A stretch of 62,222 nt of DNA from an uncultured Gammaproteobacteria bacterium (GCA_964532385.1 CAZHHW010000005.1:1-62222), one strand, 5' to 3'. Counted from the first letter of the stretch, positions 39,675 through 50,061 are shown. Notes: a model not told the origin generated them from the letters alone. Numbers and translations are program-made.

Positions 39675-40630
39675 GCGGCGGCCTCCGTGGGGGTTGCGGC
39701 GGGCGCCTCGGTGCGCGTGATGTTGACAAACACTTCTTCCAAAGACATGCGCTCGGGGGTCAGTTCGTACAGGCCCCAACCTTGCTGCACGGATTTTTCC
39801 ACCAGGGCTTCGGCGGGGTTTTGGTTTTCCGCGAAATGCAGGCGGTAACGATTGTCGCCCAGTGCTTCGACGTTCAGTACGCCGGGCACGGCGTGTAACA
39901 CCCCGGGCTCAACATTTTTACGCAGGGCAATCAGTAAGCCCGAGCCCAACATGCGCTGCGTCAAGCCCGCAATGGTGTCGCTCATCACCAGGCTGCCTTT
40001 GTTGATGATCTGCACGCGGTCGCAGGTGGCTTGCACCTCGGGAAGAATGTGGGTGGATAAAATCACGCTGTGCGTGCCACCCAGCTCGCGAATCAAGGCG
40101 CGGATTTCGCGAATTTGAATCGGATCGAGACCGACGGTCGGCTCGTCGAGAATCACCACGGCGGGCGAATGAATAATCGCCTGCGCGATGCCGACGCGTT
40201 GTTGATAGCCCTTGGACAGGTTGCCGATCAGGCGTTGATTCACTTGCGTAAGACCGCAGCGTTGTTTGGCATTGTCCAGCGCACCGGCGATTTTTGCGGC
40301 GGGCACGCGGTTCAGCCGTGCGCAGTAGGTGAGGTATTCATCGACGGTTAGCTCGCGGTACAGCGGCGGCTGCTCGGGCAGAAAACCGATTTCAGCCTTG
40401 GCGCGTTTGGGTTCGTCGAGAATGTCGATGCCGTGAATTTTGATCTGCCCGGCGCTGGGTGCGAGATTGCCGGTGATCATCTGCATGGTGGTGGTTTTAC
40501 CGGCGCCGTTGGGGCCGAGAAAACCCAGCACCTCGCCGCGCCGCACTTCGAAGCTGACTGAATTGACCGCGCGCAGCGGGCCATAAAATCGTGAGACTTG
40601 GTCAACACTGACCAGCACGTCATTGTTCAT
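39671..40630 (-). CDS. ABC transporter ATP-binding protein (GldA-like)
   Basis: Walker [10 protein letters not shown], signature LSKGYQQR, Walker B VILDEPT. Confidence 0.9.
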   Translation of the reverse strand: MNNDVLVSVDQVSRFYGPLRAVNSVSFEVRRGEVLGFLGPNGAGKTTTMQMITGNLAPSAGQIKIHGIDILDEPKRAKAEIGFLPEQPPLYRELTVDEYLTYCARLNRVPAAKIAGALDNAKQRCGLTQVNQRLIGNLSKGYQQRVGIAQAIIHSPAVVILDEPTVGLDPIQIREIRALIRELGGTHSVILSTHILPEVQATCDRVQIINKGSLVMSDTIAGLTQRMLGSGLLIALRKNVEPGVLHAVPGVLNVEALGDNRYRLHFAENQNPAEALVEKSVQQGWGLYELTPERMSLEEVFVNITRTEAPAATPTEAAA

Positions 40631-40817
40631 GGTGTTTTCCGTTGTGTGCCAGGAATGAGACTGGCGACTATGATAGTGGCAACTTTAAAAAGTTCAACGC
40701 GGCGTGGGTTGAAGCGCGCCACCGCAACGCGGGATGATTGTACCGGAGTTGGAATAAATCACAGCGGCGTTTTCCGATAATGATGACGGTTGATTGCGCC
40801 GCTACGCTTCAACACGG

Positions 40818-42023
40818 TTAATACAGCCAATAGTCGCGAACCGTTTCTTGCCATTGTGTTTCATCGGCGGCCAGGCGCTGCTCCAAGTCTGGTGCGTCGG
40901 CATTGAGGTTATCCACCCACTCGCGAATGAAAGTTCCGCCATTGATCACATCGAAAGCAAGACGTCCGGTTTCGTATTCATAAGCGAAGTCGCGCCACAA
41001 GGAGTAATCAGGAGCACAAAGGCGTACCGCCTTGAGGAACAGCAGCGTCAAGCGGAACGGTGTGAACTCATGGTGGCGATAGCCGGGAAAATCGGTGTGA
41101 ATCTGAAACCCCTGGCACAATTTACCCGCATGTTTATGGAAGGTGGGTTGGAAGAAGCATGGACGCAGCCGCGCGCCGCGCATCCAATGCGGCGCGAATA
41201 CGGTCATTTTTTTCAGCACGGCGGCCATGTCGATATCGGGCGCCCCCATGATTTCCAACGGCACGCTGGTGCCGCGCCCTTCGGATAATTCCGTGCCTTC
41301 GATCAACACCGAGCCCGCATAGCAGCGGGCCATGTTGAGACTTGACGCGTTGGGGCTGGGGTTGACCCAGGACAGTTGTGTGCACGGCCAGCCGTAGCCG
41401 GGCGCGGCATTGGGGTCGTAACCCGACATTTTAATCACATCGAGTTCAAGGTCGAGGTTGAAATGATCGACGAACCATTTCGCAAGCTCGCCCACCGTCA
41501 GCCCATGACGCATGGGAAGCGGTCCGGCGCCGACGAAACTTTCCCATCCCGCTTGCAGCAGGTTGCCTTCGACCGGGCGGCCGGCAGGATTGGGCCGGTC
41601 CAATACACACAGTGCTTTCTGGTGCGCAGCGCAAGCCTCAAGTAAATAGAGCAGGGTCGTGATGTAGGTGTAAATCCGGCAGCCCAGGTCCTGGATATCG
41701 AATAGCAGCACATCGAACGTATCCATCATGGCGTCCGTCGGGCGGCGCACCGTGCCATACAGGCTGAAGACCGGCACGCCGTGCACGGGGTCCAGATAAT
41801 CTTCCGACTCGACCATATTGTCCTGCTTGTCGCCGCGCATGCCGTGTTGCGGACCAAATGCGGCGGTGATGTTCAGCGCGGTGTGCTGCCTGAGCGCATC
41901 GATACTGTGTTGCAGTTCGGCATTCACCGACGCGGGATGGGCGGCGATGGCGATGCGCTTCCCGGCCAGTTTGCGTTGCAGCGTGGGCTCGCGAATCAGA
42001 CGGTCAATGCCAAGGGTGATCAT
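40818..42023 (-). CDS. namZ: DUF1343 protein / exo-beta-N-acetylmuramidase NamZ family
   Basis: GIDRL......L.GKRIAIAAHPASV, FGPQHGMRGD, LFDIQDLGCRIYTY typical of DUF1343. Confidence 0.8.
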   Translation of the reverse strand: MITLGIDRLIREPTLQRKLAGKRIAIAAHPASVNAELQHSIDALRQHTALNITAAFGPQHGMRGDKQDNMVESEDYLDPVHGVPVFSLYGTVRRPTDAMMDTFDVLLFDIQDLGCRIYTYITTLLYLLEACAAHQKALCVLDRPNPAGRPVEGNLLQAGWESFVGAGPLPMRHGLTVGELAKWFVDHFNLDLELDVIKMSGYDPNAAPGYGWPCTQLSWVNPSPNASSLNMARCYAGSVLIEGTELSEGRGTSVPLEIMGAPDIDMAAVLKKMTVFAPHWMRGARLRPCFFQPTFHKHAGKLCQGFQIHTDFPGYRHHEFTPFRLTLLFLKAVRLCAPDYSLWRDFAYEYETGRLAFDVINGGTFIREWVDNLNADAPDLEQRLAADETQWQETVRDYWLY

Positions 42024-42649
42024 GGTGAGTTTTTTCCTGAGGACGTAAAATCCTGCGGAGCCGGATCCAGATTAATGTCGAATCCTGCGGGATCGTGAAA
42101 ATCCGGTTTATCGGCAGCGTGCCGCAAAGCAAAATAATGCAGACGACCGTCGCGATCTTCGATCACGGCGCTAATCCCTACGGCGAGTTTTTTGCCCAGC
42201 AAGGGCGCGGGTAGTGGCAGTTTCGCCCGTAAGCCGGCGATACCCGTCTGCGCAATCTCGGGGTCAAGTTTGATAGCGGTGATTTCCAGCTCCGGTTGCA
42301 ACGCGCTGCGGTAGCCGGTGAAGCGGTAAACATTCCAGCCGCCGCCATCAGGAGCAAGGTTATATTCCCAATACGCTGCATCCGCGGGCAATTTCATGAA
42401 CACTTCAAAACAGGTGGTGCGCCACAATTCGTTTTTGCGCACGGACTGTGCTTCGCCGCCGGTGCTGGCGTATTTGATCTGTCCAGTCGCACCGCTAAGG
42501 CGATAGGTCACATTGACCGTGGAATCCTCCAGCGTAATTGTGCCCATAATCCCGATCGCAGGCGGCGGAATGGATTCGCTCTTGGATCGGTTGGGTGTGG
42601 TGAACGGTACGAGGCGGAAAAAATGGGAATGCATATTTTTATCTTTCAA
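42020..42649 (-). CDS. Hypothetical protein, possibly DOMON/CBM9-like
   Basis: 4-nt overlap with namZ. ELWRTTCFEVF...YWEYNLAPDGGWNVYRF resembles DOMON-like proteins from memory. Start is 42649 or 42634. Confidence 0.45.
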   Translation of the reverse strand: MKDKNMHSHFFRLVPFTTPNRSKSESIPPPAIGIMGTITLEDSTVNVTYRLSGATGQIKYASTGGEAQSVRKNELWRTTCFEVFMKLPADAAYWEYNLAPDGGGWNVYRFTGYRSALQPELEITAIKLDPEIAQTGIAGLRAKLPLPAPLLGKKLAVGISAVIEDRDGRLHYFALRHAADKPDFHDPAGFDINLDPAPQDFTSSGKNSP

Positions 42650-42675
42650 TGATGCGTGCTGTGCGAGTAAATCAT

Positions 42676-43113
42676 TTATTTTCCCGGCAGCGGCCGTTCG
42701 CCGCCGCTGCGGAAGCGCAGATAGTCATCCAGAATCAGCCGATGATCAAATGCGAGCAGCTCTGGAAACTCGCCGGGGGCGAAGACCGCGGCGTTTTTGG
42801 CGTCGTCAAGCGCACGCGGCGTGCCGAGGGCGGTCGCTACGTATACGGCGCTTACGGTGTGGCCGCGCGTGTCGCGGTGCGGATCGGAGTAGCAACCCAG
42901 CAGCGCGGTGAGCGTGACATCCAGCGCCGTTTCCTCGAGCGCCTCGCGCCGCGCCGCATGTTCGAGCGTCTCGCCCACATCGACAAAGCCGCCCGGAATC
43001 GCCCAGCCATAGGGAGGATAACGCCGCTCGATCAATACCACCGGCCGCCCTGGACGATCGGCTAATTCGATGATGATGTCGGCCGCGAGCAGCGGAGTGA
43101 CGGGTCTTGTCAT
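42676..43113 (-). CDS. NUDIX hydrolase
   Basis: Nudix box GGFVDVGETLEHAARREALEETAL. 4-nt overlap with the ptsI stop. Confidence 0.88.
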   Translation of the reverse strand: MTRPVTPLLAADIIIELADRPGRPVVLIERRYPPYGWAIPGGFVDVGETLEHAARREALEETALDVTLTALLGCYSDPHRDTRGHTVSAVYVATALGTPRALDDAKNAAVFAPGEFPELLAFDHRLILDDYLRFRSGGERPLPGK

Positions 43114-44840
43114 TTATTGATGCGCCCCAGCAGAGTGATCGCTTCTTGCGGGGTATGGCTGGCGAGCAGACGGCCGACACGGCCGCGTAGCTGGCTAATG
43201 TCGCTGTTTTGAATCAGGCTTTTTACTTCCAGCAGCGACGCGGCGTTCATGCTGAACTCACGCAGACCCAAACCCAGCAACAGACGGGTGTAACGTAGAT
43301 CGCCGGCCATTTCCCCGCACAGCATGACCGGCACGCCGGCTTCCGCGCCGGCGCGGATAATATCGCGTATCAACATCAGCACCGCCGGATGCAGCGGATC
43401 GTACAAATGGGCCACATCGTTATCGCCGCGATCCACCGCCAGAGTGTATTGCACCAGATCGTTGGTGCCGATGGAAAGGAAGTCCACGCAACGTGCCAGA
43501 CGCTTTGCCAACAATGCGGCCGCCGGTGTTTCAATCACGCAACCCAGCGGAATGCGCGCATTAAAACGCTGTTTGCGCAGCACGAGTTCCGCCTTGGATT
43601 CTTCCAGCAACTGCGCCACCTGCACGAGTTCCTGCATGCCTGTCAACATCGGGAACATGATGCGCACCGCGCCGTGCGCAGAAGCACGCAATATCGCACG
43701 TAGCTGATTTTTAAAATGGTGCGGATCGCGCAGGCTGTAACGCACGCCGCGCAGACCCAGTGCGGGATTGGCGGCATGTCCTTGAGAGCCATGTTGTGAC
43801 TGTTTGTCGCCGCCCAGGTCCAGGGTGCGGATAACGACCGGGGCGCCTTTGAGCGCTTTTACGATACGTGCATAGGCGTGGTGCTGCTCATCTTCGCCGG
43901 GCGGCGTGTCGCGATCCATGAACAGGAATTCGGTGCGATACAAGCCCACGCCCGCCGCGCCATTTTTTTTTGCAGTGACGATATCCGCAGGCAGTTCGAT
44001 ATTCGCGTACAGGGTGACTTCCTGCTGATCGGCGGTGACCGCCGCCGTGCCGCGCAGTTGCGAAAGCGAGGAGCGATAGCGTTTGAGTTCGCGCTGGCGG
44101 CGCTGAAAAAAATTGATCGTGTTAACGTCGGCGCCGGCGAGCAGAACACCGCTTTGCCCGTCGATCACCAGAATTTCGTCATCGGATAACACGCGCCGCA
44201 CGTGCGCCACCCCGACCAGTGCGGGAATCCCCAGGCTGCGCGCCAGAATCGCGGTATGCGAGGTCAGGCCGCCGCGTTCGGCGACGATGCCGGCAATATC
44301 ATGATGTTGAAAAAATAAAGTGTCCGCCGGGCTTACGTCTTCGGCGACGATGATGCGGCCGCGCAGATGGTCGGCGGACGGTGCGGGATTGTCCTGTTCA
44401 GGCTGCACCAAGGCGCGCTGGATACGTTGCACCACGTGGTCGACATCGTCTTTGCGGGTGCGCAAATAGGCGTCGTCCATTTCATCGAAAATATCCACCA
44501 GTGCATCGCGTTGCATCTGAAGTGCCCACTCGGCATTGCAGCGTTGGGATTTGATCAGCTTGAGCGGACCCTCGGTGAGGGTCGGATCGTTGAGCATCAG
44601 CAGATGGGTATCGATGAAAGCAGCAATGTCGGGCGGCGTGTGCTTGGGAATCTGCTGGCGGATGGAGTGTAACTGCTCCATGGCCTGGCCGACCGCGCTG
44701 CGATAGCGCTCGATTTCGCTGTGCAATTGCCCGGTGTCGATTTCGTATTGCGGAATTTCTACCCGTTCCCGGCGTAAAATCCGCGCCTTGCCGACCGCGT
44801 AGCCCTTGGAAACACTGATGCCTTGCAGCGAGAGAGCCAT
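43110..44840 (-). CDS. ptsI: Phosphoenolpyruvate-protein phosphotransferase (Enzyme I, no GAF domain)
   Basis: 576 aa. Phospho-His region GGLTSHTAILARSLGIPA, GLYRTEFLFM, SIGTNDLVQY. Confidence 0.92.
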   Translation of the reverse strand: MALSLQGISVSKGYAVGKARILRRERVEIPQYEIDTGQLHSEIERYRSAVGQAMEQLHSIRQQIPKHTPPDIAAFIDTHLLMLNDPTLTEGPLKLIKSQRCNAEWALQMQRDALVDIFDEMDDAYLRTRKDDVDHVVQRIQRALVQPEQDNPAPSADHLRGRIIVAEDVSPADTLFFQHHDIAGIVAERGGLTSHTAILARSLGIPALVGVAHVRRVLSDDEILVIDGQSGVLLAGADVNTINFFQRRQRELKRYRSSLSQLRGTAAVTADQQEVTLYANIELPADIVTAKKNGAAGVGLYRTEFLFMDRDTPPGEDEQHHAYARIVKALKGAPVVIRTLDLGGDKQSQHGSQGHAANPALGLRGVRYSLRDPHHFKNQLRAILRASAHGAVRIMFPMLTGMQELVQVAQLLEESKAELVLRKQRFNARIPLGCVIETPAAALLAKRLARCVDFLSIGTNDLVQYTLAVDRGDNDVAHLYDPLHPAVLMLIRDIIRAGAEAGVPVMLCGEMAGDLRYTRLLLGLGLREFSMNAASLLEVKSLIQNSDISQLRGRVGRLLASHTPQEAITLLGRINK

Positions 44841-45025
44841 GAGATCGATCTCGCGCTAGCCGTGGGATCGGTTAAAGGAAACCAATACGGCGGAAATTAT
44901 TTTTTTTTGCCCGGCAAGAATCAACACCGCCGCATGCATCAGAGAGTGAGGGTGTGGATTGATATACGGCGAAAGAAAACGCGCTTTCATGTCAGTCTTT
45001 GCCCGGACAGACCGCTAGGATTTAG

Positions 45026-45295
45026 TTACTCGGATTCGCCGAACCGGTTGTTGACTAATTCCGTTAGATTATCCAGTGCTTCCTGCTCGCCGATTCCATT
45101 GGCGATGATTTTGACGGTACTGCCTTTGGCGGCCGCGAGCATCATCACTCCCATGATGCTTTTGCCGTTGACCGCACGCTCATTGCGCGCCAGTTGAATG
45201 TCGCAACTGTAGGTAGAGGCGAGGGTCACAAACTTGGCCGCGGCACGCGCATGCAGGCCCAGCTTGTTAATAATGGATACGTTGCGTTCGACCAT
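45026..45295 (-). CDS. ptsH: HPr/NPr-family phosphocarrier protein
   Basis: IINKLGLHARAAAKF (His-15 region), NGKSIMGVMML (Ser-46 region), 89 aa. Confidence 0.9.
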   Translation of the reverse strand: MVERNVSIINKLGLHARAAAKFVTLASTYSCDIQLARNERAVNGKSIMGVMMLAAAKGSTVKIIANGIGEQEALDNLTELVNNRFGESE

Positions 45296-45360
45296 CGGTA
45301 CTCCGTACTCGATCTTGCCAAAAGTATTGACTGCGGGTGATTTTGTAAAGCTGGTAAAGT

Positions 45361-45774
45361 TTATAGCTGCGATGGATCCTTGCGCAGGTCCTTGCACACA
45401 AGGACGCCATCGTGCCCGCCGCTCAGTGCTTTTTCAGCCAGCTCGTTGAGGCTTAGCTTGGGATAGTTCATCACCCGCAACAGCATCGGCAGGTTGATGC
45501 CCGCAATCACCCGCACGTGATGATTACCCTGCAACGCGGACGCAACATTGCTGGGTGTGCTGCCGAACAAATCAGTCAAGACCAGCACTCCGTCGCCGTC
45601 GTCGACTTCGCACACCAGCTTGTGGGCGTGGTCGAGCATGGCATCGGGATCTTTATCCGAAGTTATACCCAGCAATGCGACCGGAATCGGCTGTGTGCCG
45701 AGCATGCCGACGGTCGCGTCGAGCAGCGCACGGCCCAAGTCATTGTGGGTAATGATCAATAATCCGACGCTCAT
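45361..45774 (-). CDS. PTS EIIA component, mannose/fructose family
   Basis: VGLLIITHNDLG (active His), VLVLTDLFGSTPSN. ATGA overlap with the rapZ stop. Confidence 0.85.
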   Translation of the reverse strand: MSVGLLIITHNDLGRALLDATVGMLGTQPIPVALLGITSDKDPDAMLDHAHKLVCEVDDGDGVLVLTDLFGSTPSNVASALQGNHHVRVIAGINLPMLLRVMNYPKLSLNELAEKALSGGHDGVLVCKDLRKDPSQL

Positions 45775-46628
45775 GCTAACTCCCTGTGTCGCGCCAGTAC
45801 TCCGCTGCGGGTTTTTGCAAAATGGTCCGCCAGGCGCCGGGCGAAGTAGACCGAGCGGTGTTGTCCGCCGGTGCAACCGATGGCAACGGTAACGTAACTG
45901 CGGTTATCGGCTTCAAATTGCGGCAGCCATTGTTCCAGGAAATTGCGGATATCGCCAAACATCTGGATAGCATGCGGATCGCGTTCCAGAAATTCGGCGA
46001 CATCGCTGTCCAGGCCGGTTTTATCGCGCAGGGTGGGTACCCAATGGGGATTCGCCAGGCAGCGCACATCGAAAACGAAGTCGGCATCCGTGGGCACTCC
46101 GCGCTTGAAGGCGAACGATTCAAATAATAATGACAGCGTTTGCTGCGGTTTTTCCAGTACTCGTATGCGGATGGCATCGCGTAATTGATGAATGTTGTAA
46201 TGGCTGGTGTCGACGAAAAGATCGGCGCACCCGGCGATGGGCTCCAGTACCTTGCGTTCGCGTTGCATGGCTTCCGCCAGCGGAATGGCGACATCCGACA
46301 GGGGATGTTTGCGGCGCGTTTCGCTGAAGCGCTTGAGCAACACATTGTCGTCGGCATAGAGGAACAAGGTTTCGCAGACGATCCCGCCTGCCTTGAGTTC
46401 GGCCAGTATTTTCGGGAAATTCTCGATATCGTCGGGCACATTACGCGCATCGATGCCGATCGCCGCGCCGATCGGACAAGTCTCCGTGCTCATCGACATG
46501 CGTTGTGCGAACGCAGGCAAAAGACCGGCCGGCAAATTGTCGATGCAGTAGAAACCCAAATCTTCGAAAACATTGAGCGCGGTACTTTTTCCGGAACCCG
46601 ATACACCGCTCACGACATACAACTTCAT
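45771..46628 (-). CDS. rapZ: RNase adapter protein RapZ
   Basis: P-loop SGVSGSGKSTA, FVFDVR, AIGCTGGQHRSV. Confidence 0.92.
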   Translation of the reverse strand: MKLYVVSGVSGSGKSTALNVFEDLGFYCIDNLPAGLLPAFAQRMSMSTETCPIGAAIGIDARNVPDDIENFPKILAELKAGGIVCETLFLYADDNVLLKRFSETRRKHPLSDVAIPLAEAMQRERKVLEPIAGCADLFVDTSHYNIHQLRDAIRIRVLEKPQQTLSLLFESFAFKRGVPTDADFVFDVRCLANPHWVPTLRDKTGLDSDVAEFLERDPHAIQMFGDIRNFLEQWLPQFEADNRSYVTVAIGCTGGQHRSVYFARRLADHFAKTRSGVLARHRELA

Positions 46629-47581
46629 GGGGGCGGTTGCTCCATATGGTCGTGTTGCTGGGCAGAGAAAGCATCGAAGGCATCATAGCCCTGATTGAGT
46701 AATATCTGGTTGCGCGCGGCGCATTCTACCACCACGGCCAAGTGGCGTCCGGGGGTTACGGGCAAGGTCACTTTATGGATGGAAACGCCCAGTACGTCGT
46801 AGGTTTGCCGCGCCGTGGTCAGGCGCTGAGTACGGTTAAGTTGTTCATCGCCCATTTTTATCAATTCTACCGCCAATTGAAGCCGTTCAGTCTGTTTGAC
46901 AGCGCTCTCCCCGAACATGGTGCGGATGTTCAGCACGCCCAGTCCACGCACTTCGAGGAAGTCACGTAATACCGGTGGACAGCTGCCCACGATGACATCG
47001 CCGTCCGCACGGTGAAATTCCGGTGCGTCGTCGGCGATCAAACGGTGTCCGCGGCTCAGTAAATCCAGGGCCAGTTCGCTTTTTCCGATGCCGCTTTCGC
47101 CGGTTAACAAAATGCCGATGCCGACGATTTCCATGAATACGCCGTGCGTGGTGATGTGTTTGGTAAATGTGGTTTTGAGATGGTAAGTAATACGCTCGAT
47201 CACGTCCTGTGCTTTGGCGCGTGCGCTCCATAGCGGGGTGCCGGTATCTTCGGCGAGACGTTTTAAACCGGCCGGGGGTTTCAGCCCGTCAGTGACGATA
47301 ATGGCGGCGGGATCGTTGTCGAACAAATGCACGATGACATCGGCATGCGCGTTTTTACCCAGCTTATTCAAATACTCGAGTTCTTTGCTTCCCAGTACCT
47401 GAATACGCGGAGCGTGGATACAGTTCATGTATCCCGCCAGCACTCGGTCGGCTTCAGCTGCGTGCAGGTTATCCGGGTGTTGCAGTACGCGGTGCTTGCC
47501 GGAATGTCCCGCAACCCATTCCAGGCCCGAGGTTAATTCGTGCGTAGTGAACAAGGTTGCGACTGAAACGTTTTGCGTCAT
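46625..47581 (-). CDS. hprK: HPr kinase/phosphorylase (full length)
   Basis: HGVFMEIVGIGILLTGESGIGKSELALDL, ADD, LEVRGLG. Confidence 0.9.
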   Translation of the reverse strand: MTQNVSVATLFTTHELTSGLEWVAGHSGKHRVLQHPDNLHAAEADRVLAGYMNCIHAPRIQVLGSKELEYLNKLGKNAHADVIVHLFDNDPAAIIVTDGLKPPAGLKRLAEDTGTPLWSARAKAQDVIERITYHLKTTFTKHITTHGVFMEIVGIGILLTGESGIGKSELALDLLSRGHRLIADDAPEFHRADGDVIVGSCPPVLRDFLEVRGLGVLNIRTMFGESAVKQTERLQLAVELIKMGDEQLNRTQRLTTARQTYDVLGVSIHKVTLPVTPGRHLAVVVECAARNQILLNQGYDAFDAFSAQQHDHMEQPPP

Positions 47582-48042
47582 GGCGCGTGGTGTGGATTCC
47601 AGTGCGTAAGCGCCGCGAGCAGCGCGTCGGTATCCTTGGCTTGACGCAATTGATTGCGGATCGCTTCGTTGCTGAACAATTCTGCGATTTGCGCCACCAG
47701 TTGCAGATGTTCTTCAGTGCAATGTTCCGGCACCACGATGGCGAATAATAAGTCCACCGGGCCACGGTCGGCAGCATCGAAATCAACGCCCTGAACCAGT
47801 TGCACGAAGGCGCCGCGCGTGCCGGAAATTTTTTTCATGCGGCCGTGCGGCAATGCCACGCCGTAACCCAGCGCCGTACTGCCCAAACGCTCGCGCGCAG
47901 TCAGGCTCTCAAAAATTTCCTGCGAGGTTGTATCGGCTTTTTCGGCCAGGAGCAGGCTTAATAATTCCAGCGCGCGCTTTTTGCTGCTGGCTTGTGCGCC
48001 TGCAAGCACGCGTTGTGGGGCCAAAATATCGCTTAATTGCAT
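47578..48042 (-). CDS. ptsN: PTS IIA-Ntr (nitrogen regulatory EIIA)
   Basis: MQLSDIL..., RERLGSTALGYGVALPHGR (active His). Alternative starts at 48075/48153. Confidence 0.88.
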   Translation of the reverse strand: MQLSDILAPQRVLAGAQASSKKRALELLSLLLAEKADTTSQEIFESLTARERLGSTALGYGVALPHGRMKKISGTRGAFVQLVQGVDFDAADRGPVDLLFAIVVPEHCTEEHLQLVAQIAELFSNEAIRNQLRQAKDTDALLAALTHWNPHHAP

Positions 48043-48236
48043 AAGATCGTCGGCTCTATGGGCGGCAGCGGTCATTAATAATCCATTGCGCCAAAAGACG
48101 GATATGAAACCGTTGGTTTTTTTGCAGGGCTCCCTTGCGGGACGCCGCGGCATGCCGCATGCGGCTGCGTAGCTGTGCCTCGCCTGGCAAAAAAATCCAT
48201 CGGCTTCATTTCATATTCCTTTGACGAAACGAACAT

Positions 48237-48530
48237 CTAGCGGTGTTGGTCAATGCGTTTTTCTTTAAGCTTGTTGGCCTGCCGGTCAAGCTTGTCGATC
48301 AACGAATCGATCGCAGCGTACATGTCTTGTTCTTCCGCGTTTGCGAACAGGTTATCACCATTTGCAGACACGGTGGCTTCGGCTCGGTGGCGTAACTTCT
48401 CTACTCCCAGGATAACGTGCACCTTTGAAACCTTATCGAAATGGCGTTCCAGGCGTGCCATTTTTTCAGTGGTGTAATCACGCAGCGCAGTGGTGATTTC
48501 AACATGGTGACCGGTGATGTCGATTTGCAT
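48237..48530 (-). CDS. hpf: Ribosome hibernation promoting factor (short HPF)
   Basis: MQIDITGHHVEITTALRDYTTEKMARLERHF; lies immediately downstream of rpoN. Confidence 0.92.
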   Translation of the reverse strand: MQIDITGHHVEITTALRDYTTEKMARLERHFDKVSKVHVILGVEKLRHRAEATVSANGDNLFANAEEQDMYAAIDSLIDKLDRQANKLKEKRIDQHR

Positions 48531-48582
48531 GAGGCTGCTCCTTTAATTGTAATTGTGATTTAAATGTAAAGACTTGGCTTGT

Positions 48583-50061
48583 CTAGGCGAGCCGTTTGCG
48601 TTCGTTGGAAGGAGGAATGGTCATGGCTTCGCGATATTTTGCGACCGTGCGGCGCGCGACCTTGATGCCTTGGTCGGATAACAGGCTCGCAAGTTTGCTA
48701 TCACTCAGCGGCTTGTTGCGTTCCTCGGCGGAGATCAGTTTTTTCAGCATGGCGCGAATCGCGGTGGAGGAGCATTCGCCGCCATCTTCGGTGGCTACAT
48801 GGCTGCTGAAGAAATATTTCAATTCGTAAATGCCGCGCGGTGTGTGCATGTATTTTTTGGTGGTGACGCGCGAAATGGTGGATTCGTGCATGCCGACTTC
48901 TTGTGCAATGACCGACATCACCAGCGGCTGCATGGCCTCATCGCCGTACTCAAGGAAACCACGTTGCCGTTCGACGATGCAGGTTGCGACTTTAAGCAAG
49001 GTTTCGTTGCGGCTTTGCAGGCTTTTCAGCAGCCAGCGTGCTTCCTGCAACTGATTTTTTAAATAAGTGGAATCGGCGGAATTGCGTGAATGCTGCGCCA
49101 TGCCGGAATACAGGGAGTTGATTCGCAGTTTAGGCGAGGTGTCCGGATTCAATTCCACCTTCCAGAGATTGTTGCGTTTGCGTACGTAAACATCAGGCAC
49201 TACATATTCGGTTTGCTGATCGGTGATCTGCCCGCCGGGCCGCGGATTGACGGTTTGCAGCAGTGCAATCACCTGTTGTAAATCGGCTTCAGGTAATTTC
49301 ATGCGGCGCATGATCAAGCTGTAATCACGGTGTGCCAGCAAATCGAAATGCTCGCGTGCCAGGCACACGGCTTCGGCGAGCCAAGGCGTTCCGGCGGGAT
49401 ATTGTTTGAGTTGCAACAGCATGCTTTCGCGCAAGTCGCGCGCACCGATACCGGGTGGATCGAATTGCTGGATGCGATGCAGCACGGCTTCGATTTCTTC
49501 GCGTCCGATGTCTGGATCGCTGGCGAATTCCAGCTGTAATTCTTCGATCGGCGTGGTGAGATAACCGTCATGATCGATGGCGTCGATGATGGTCAGCGCG
49601 ATCGACAAATCGGTCGGCGAAAACGGTGCCATCTGCACTTGCCAGGTTAAGTGGTCGTGCAGACTTTCACCACTCTGGTTCTGGGTTTCAAACTCGCGGC
49701 CATCGTGATCCGCGCCATTGCCGGAAGCGGAGGCGCCATAGGTTTCAAATGTATCGAAGGTGTCGTCCCAGTTACTGTCCACCGGTAGATCGTCGGGGAT
49801 GGTGGATTCATTGATTTCCACATCCGCTTCGCGCGACTCAGTGGCGACCGTGATTTCGGTTTCGCGCATATGTTCCGCGGGAAGATCTTCGTCTTCGCCG
49901 CCCTCATCCTCGGTAATTTCGAGCATGGGGTTGGACTCCAGCGCTTGTTGCATTTCCTGTTGCAACTCGAGCGCGGACAATTGCAGCAACCGGATGGCCT
50001 GCTGCAATTGCGGCGTCATCGTCAGATGTTGGCCGATGCGAAGTTGTAGCGATTGTTTCAT
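48583..50061 (-). CDS. rpoN: RNA polymerase sigma-54 factor
   Basis: [25 protein letters not shown] region I, acidic region II, RpoN box [12 protein letters not shown]. Confidence 0.95.
   Translation of the reverse strand: MKQSLQLRIGQHLTMTPQLQQAIRLLQLSALELQQEMQQALESNPMLEITEDEGGEDEDLPAEHMRETEITVATESREADVEINESTIPDDLPVDSNWDDTFDTFETYGASASGNGADHDGREFETQNQSGESLHDHLTWQVQMAPFSPTDLSIALTIIDAIDHDGYLTTPIEELQLEFASDPDIGREEIEAVLHRIQQFDPPGIGARDLRESMLLQLKQYPAGTPWLAEAVCLAREHFDLLAHRDYSLIMRRMKLPEADLQQVIALLQTVNPRPGGQITDQQTEYVVPDVYVRKRNNLWKVELNPDTSPKLRINSLYSGMAQHSRNSADSTYLKNQLQEARWLLKSLQSRNETLLKVATCIVERQRGFLEYGDEAMQPLVMSVIAQEVGMHESTISRVTTKKYMHTPRGIYELKYFFSSHVATEDGGECSSTAIRAMLKKLISAEERNKPLSDSKLASLLSDQGIKVARRTVAKYREAMTIPPSNERKRLA

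Noticed and set aside
44895-44925. T9 run next to the TTGCC-g-GGCAA hairpin between the HPr/NPr and Enzyme I genes as a terminator
   Set aside because: On the minus (coding) strand the hairpin is followed by an A run. On the plus strand the T run precedes the hairpin. The geometry is therefore wrong for termination in either direction.
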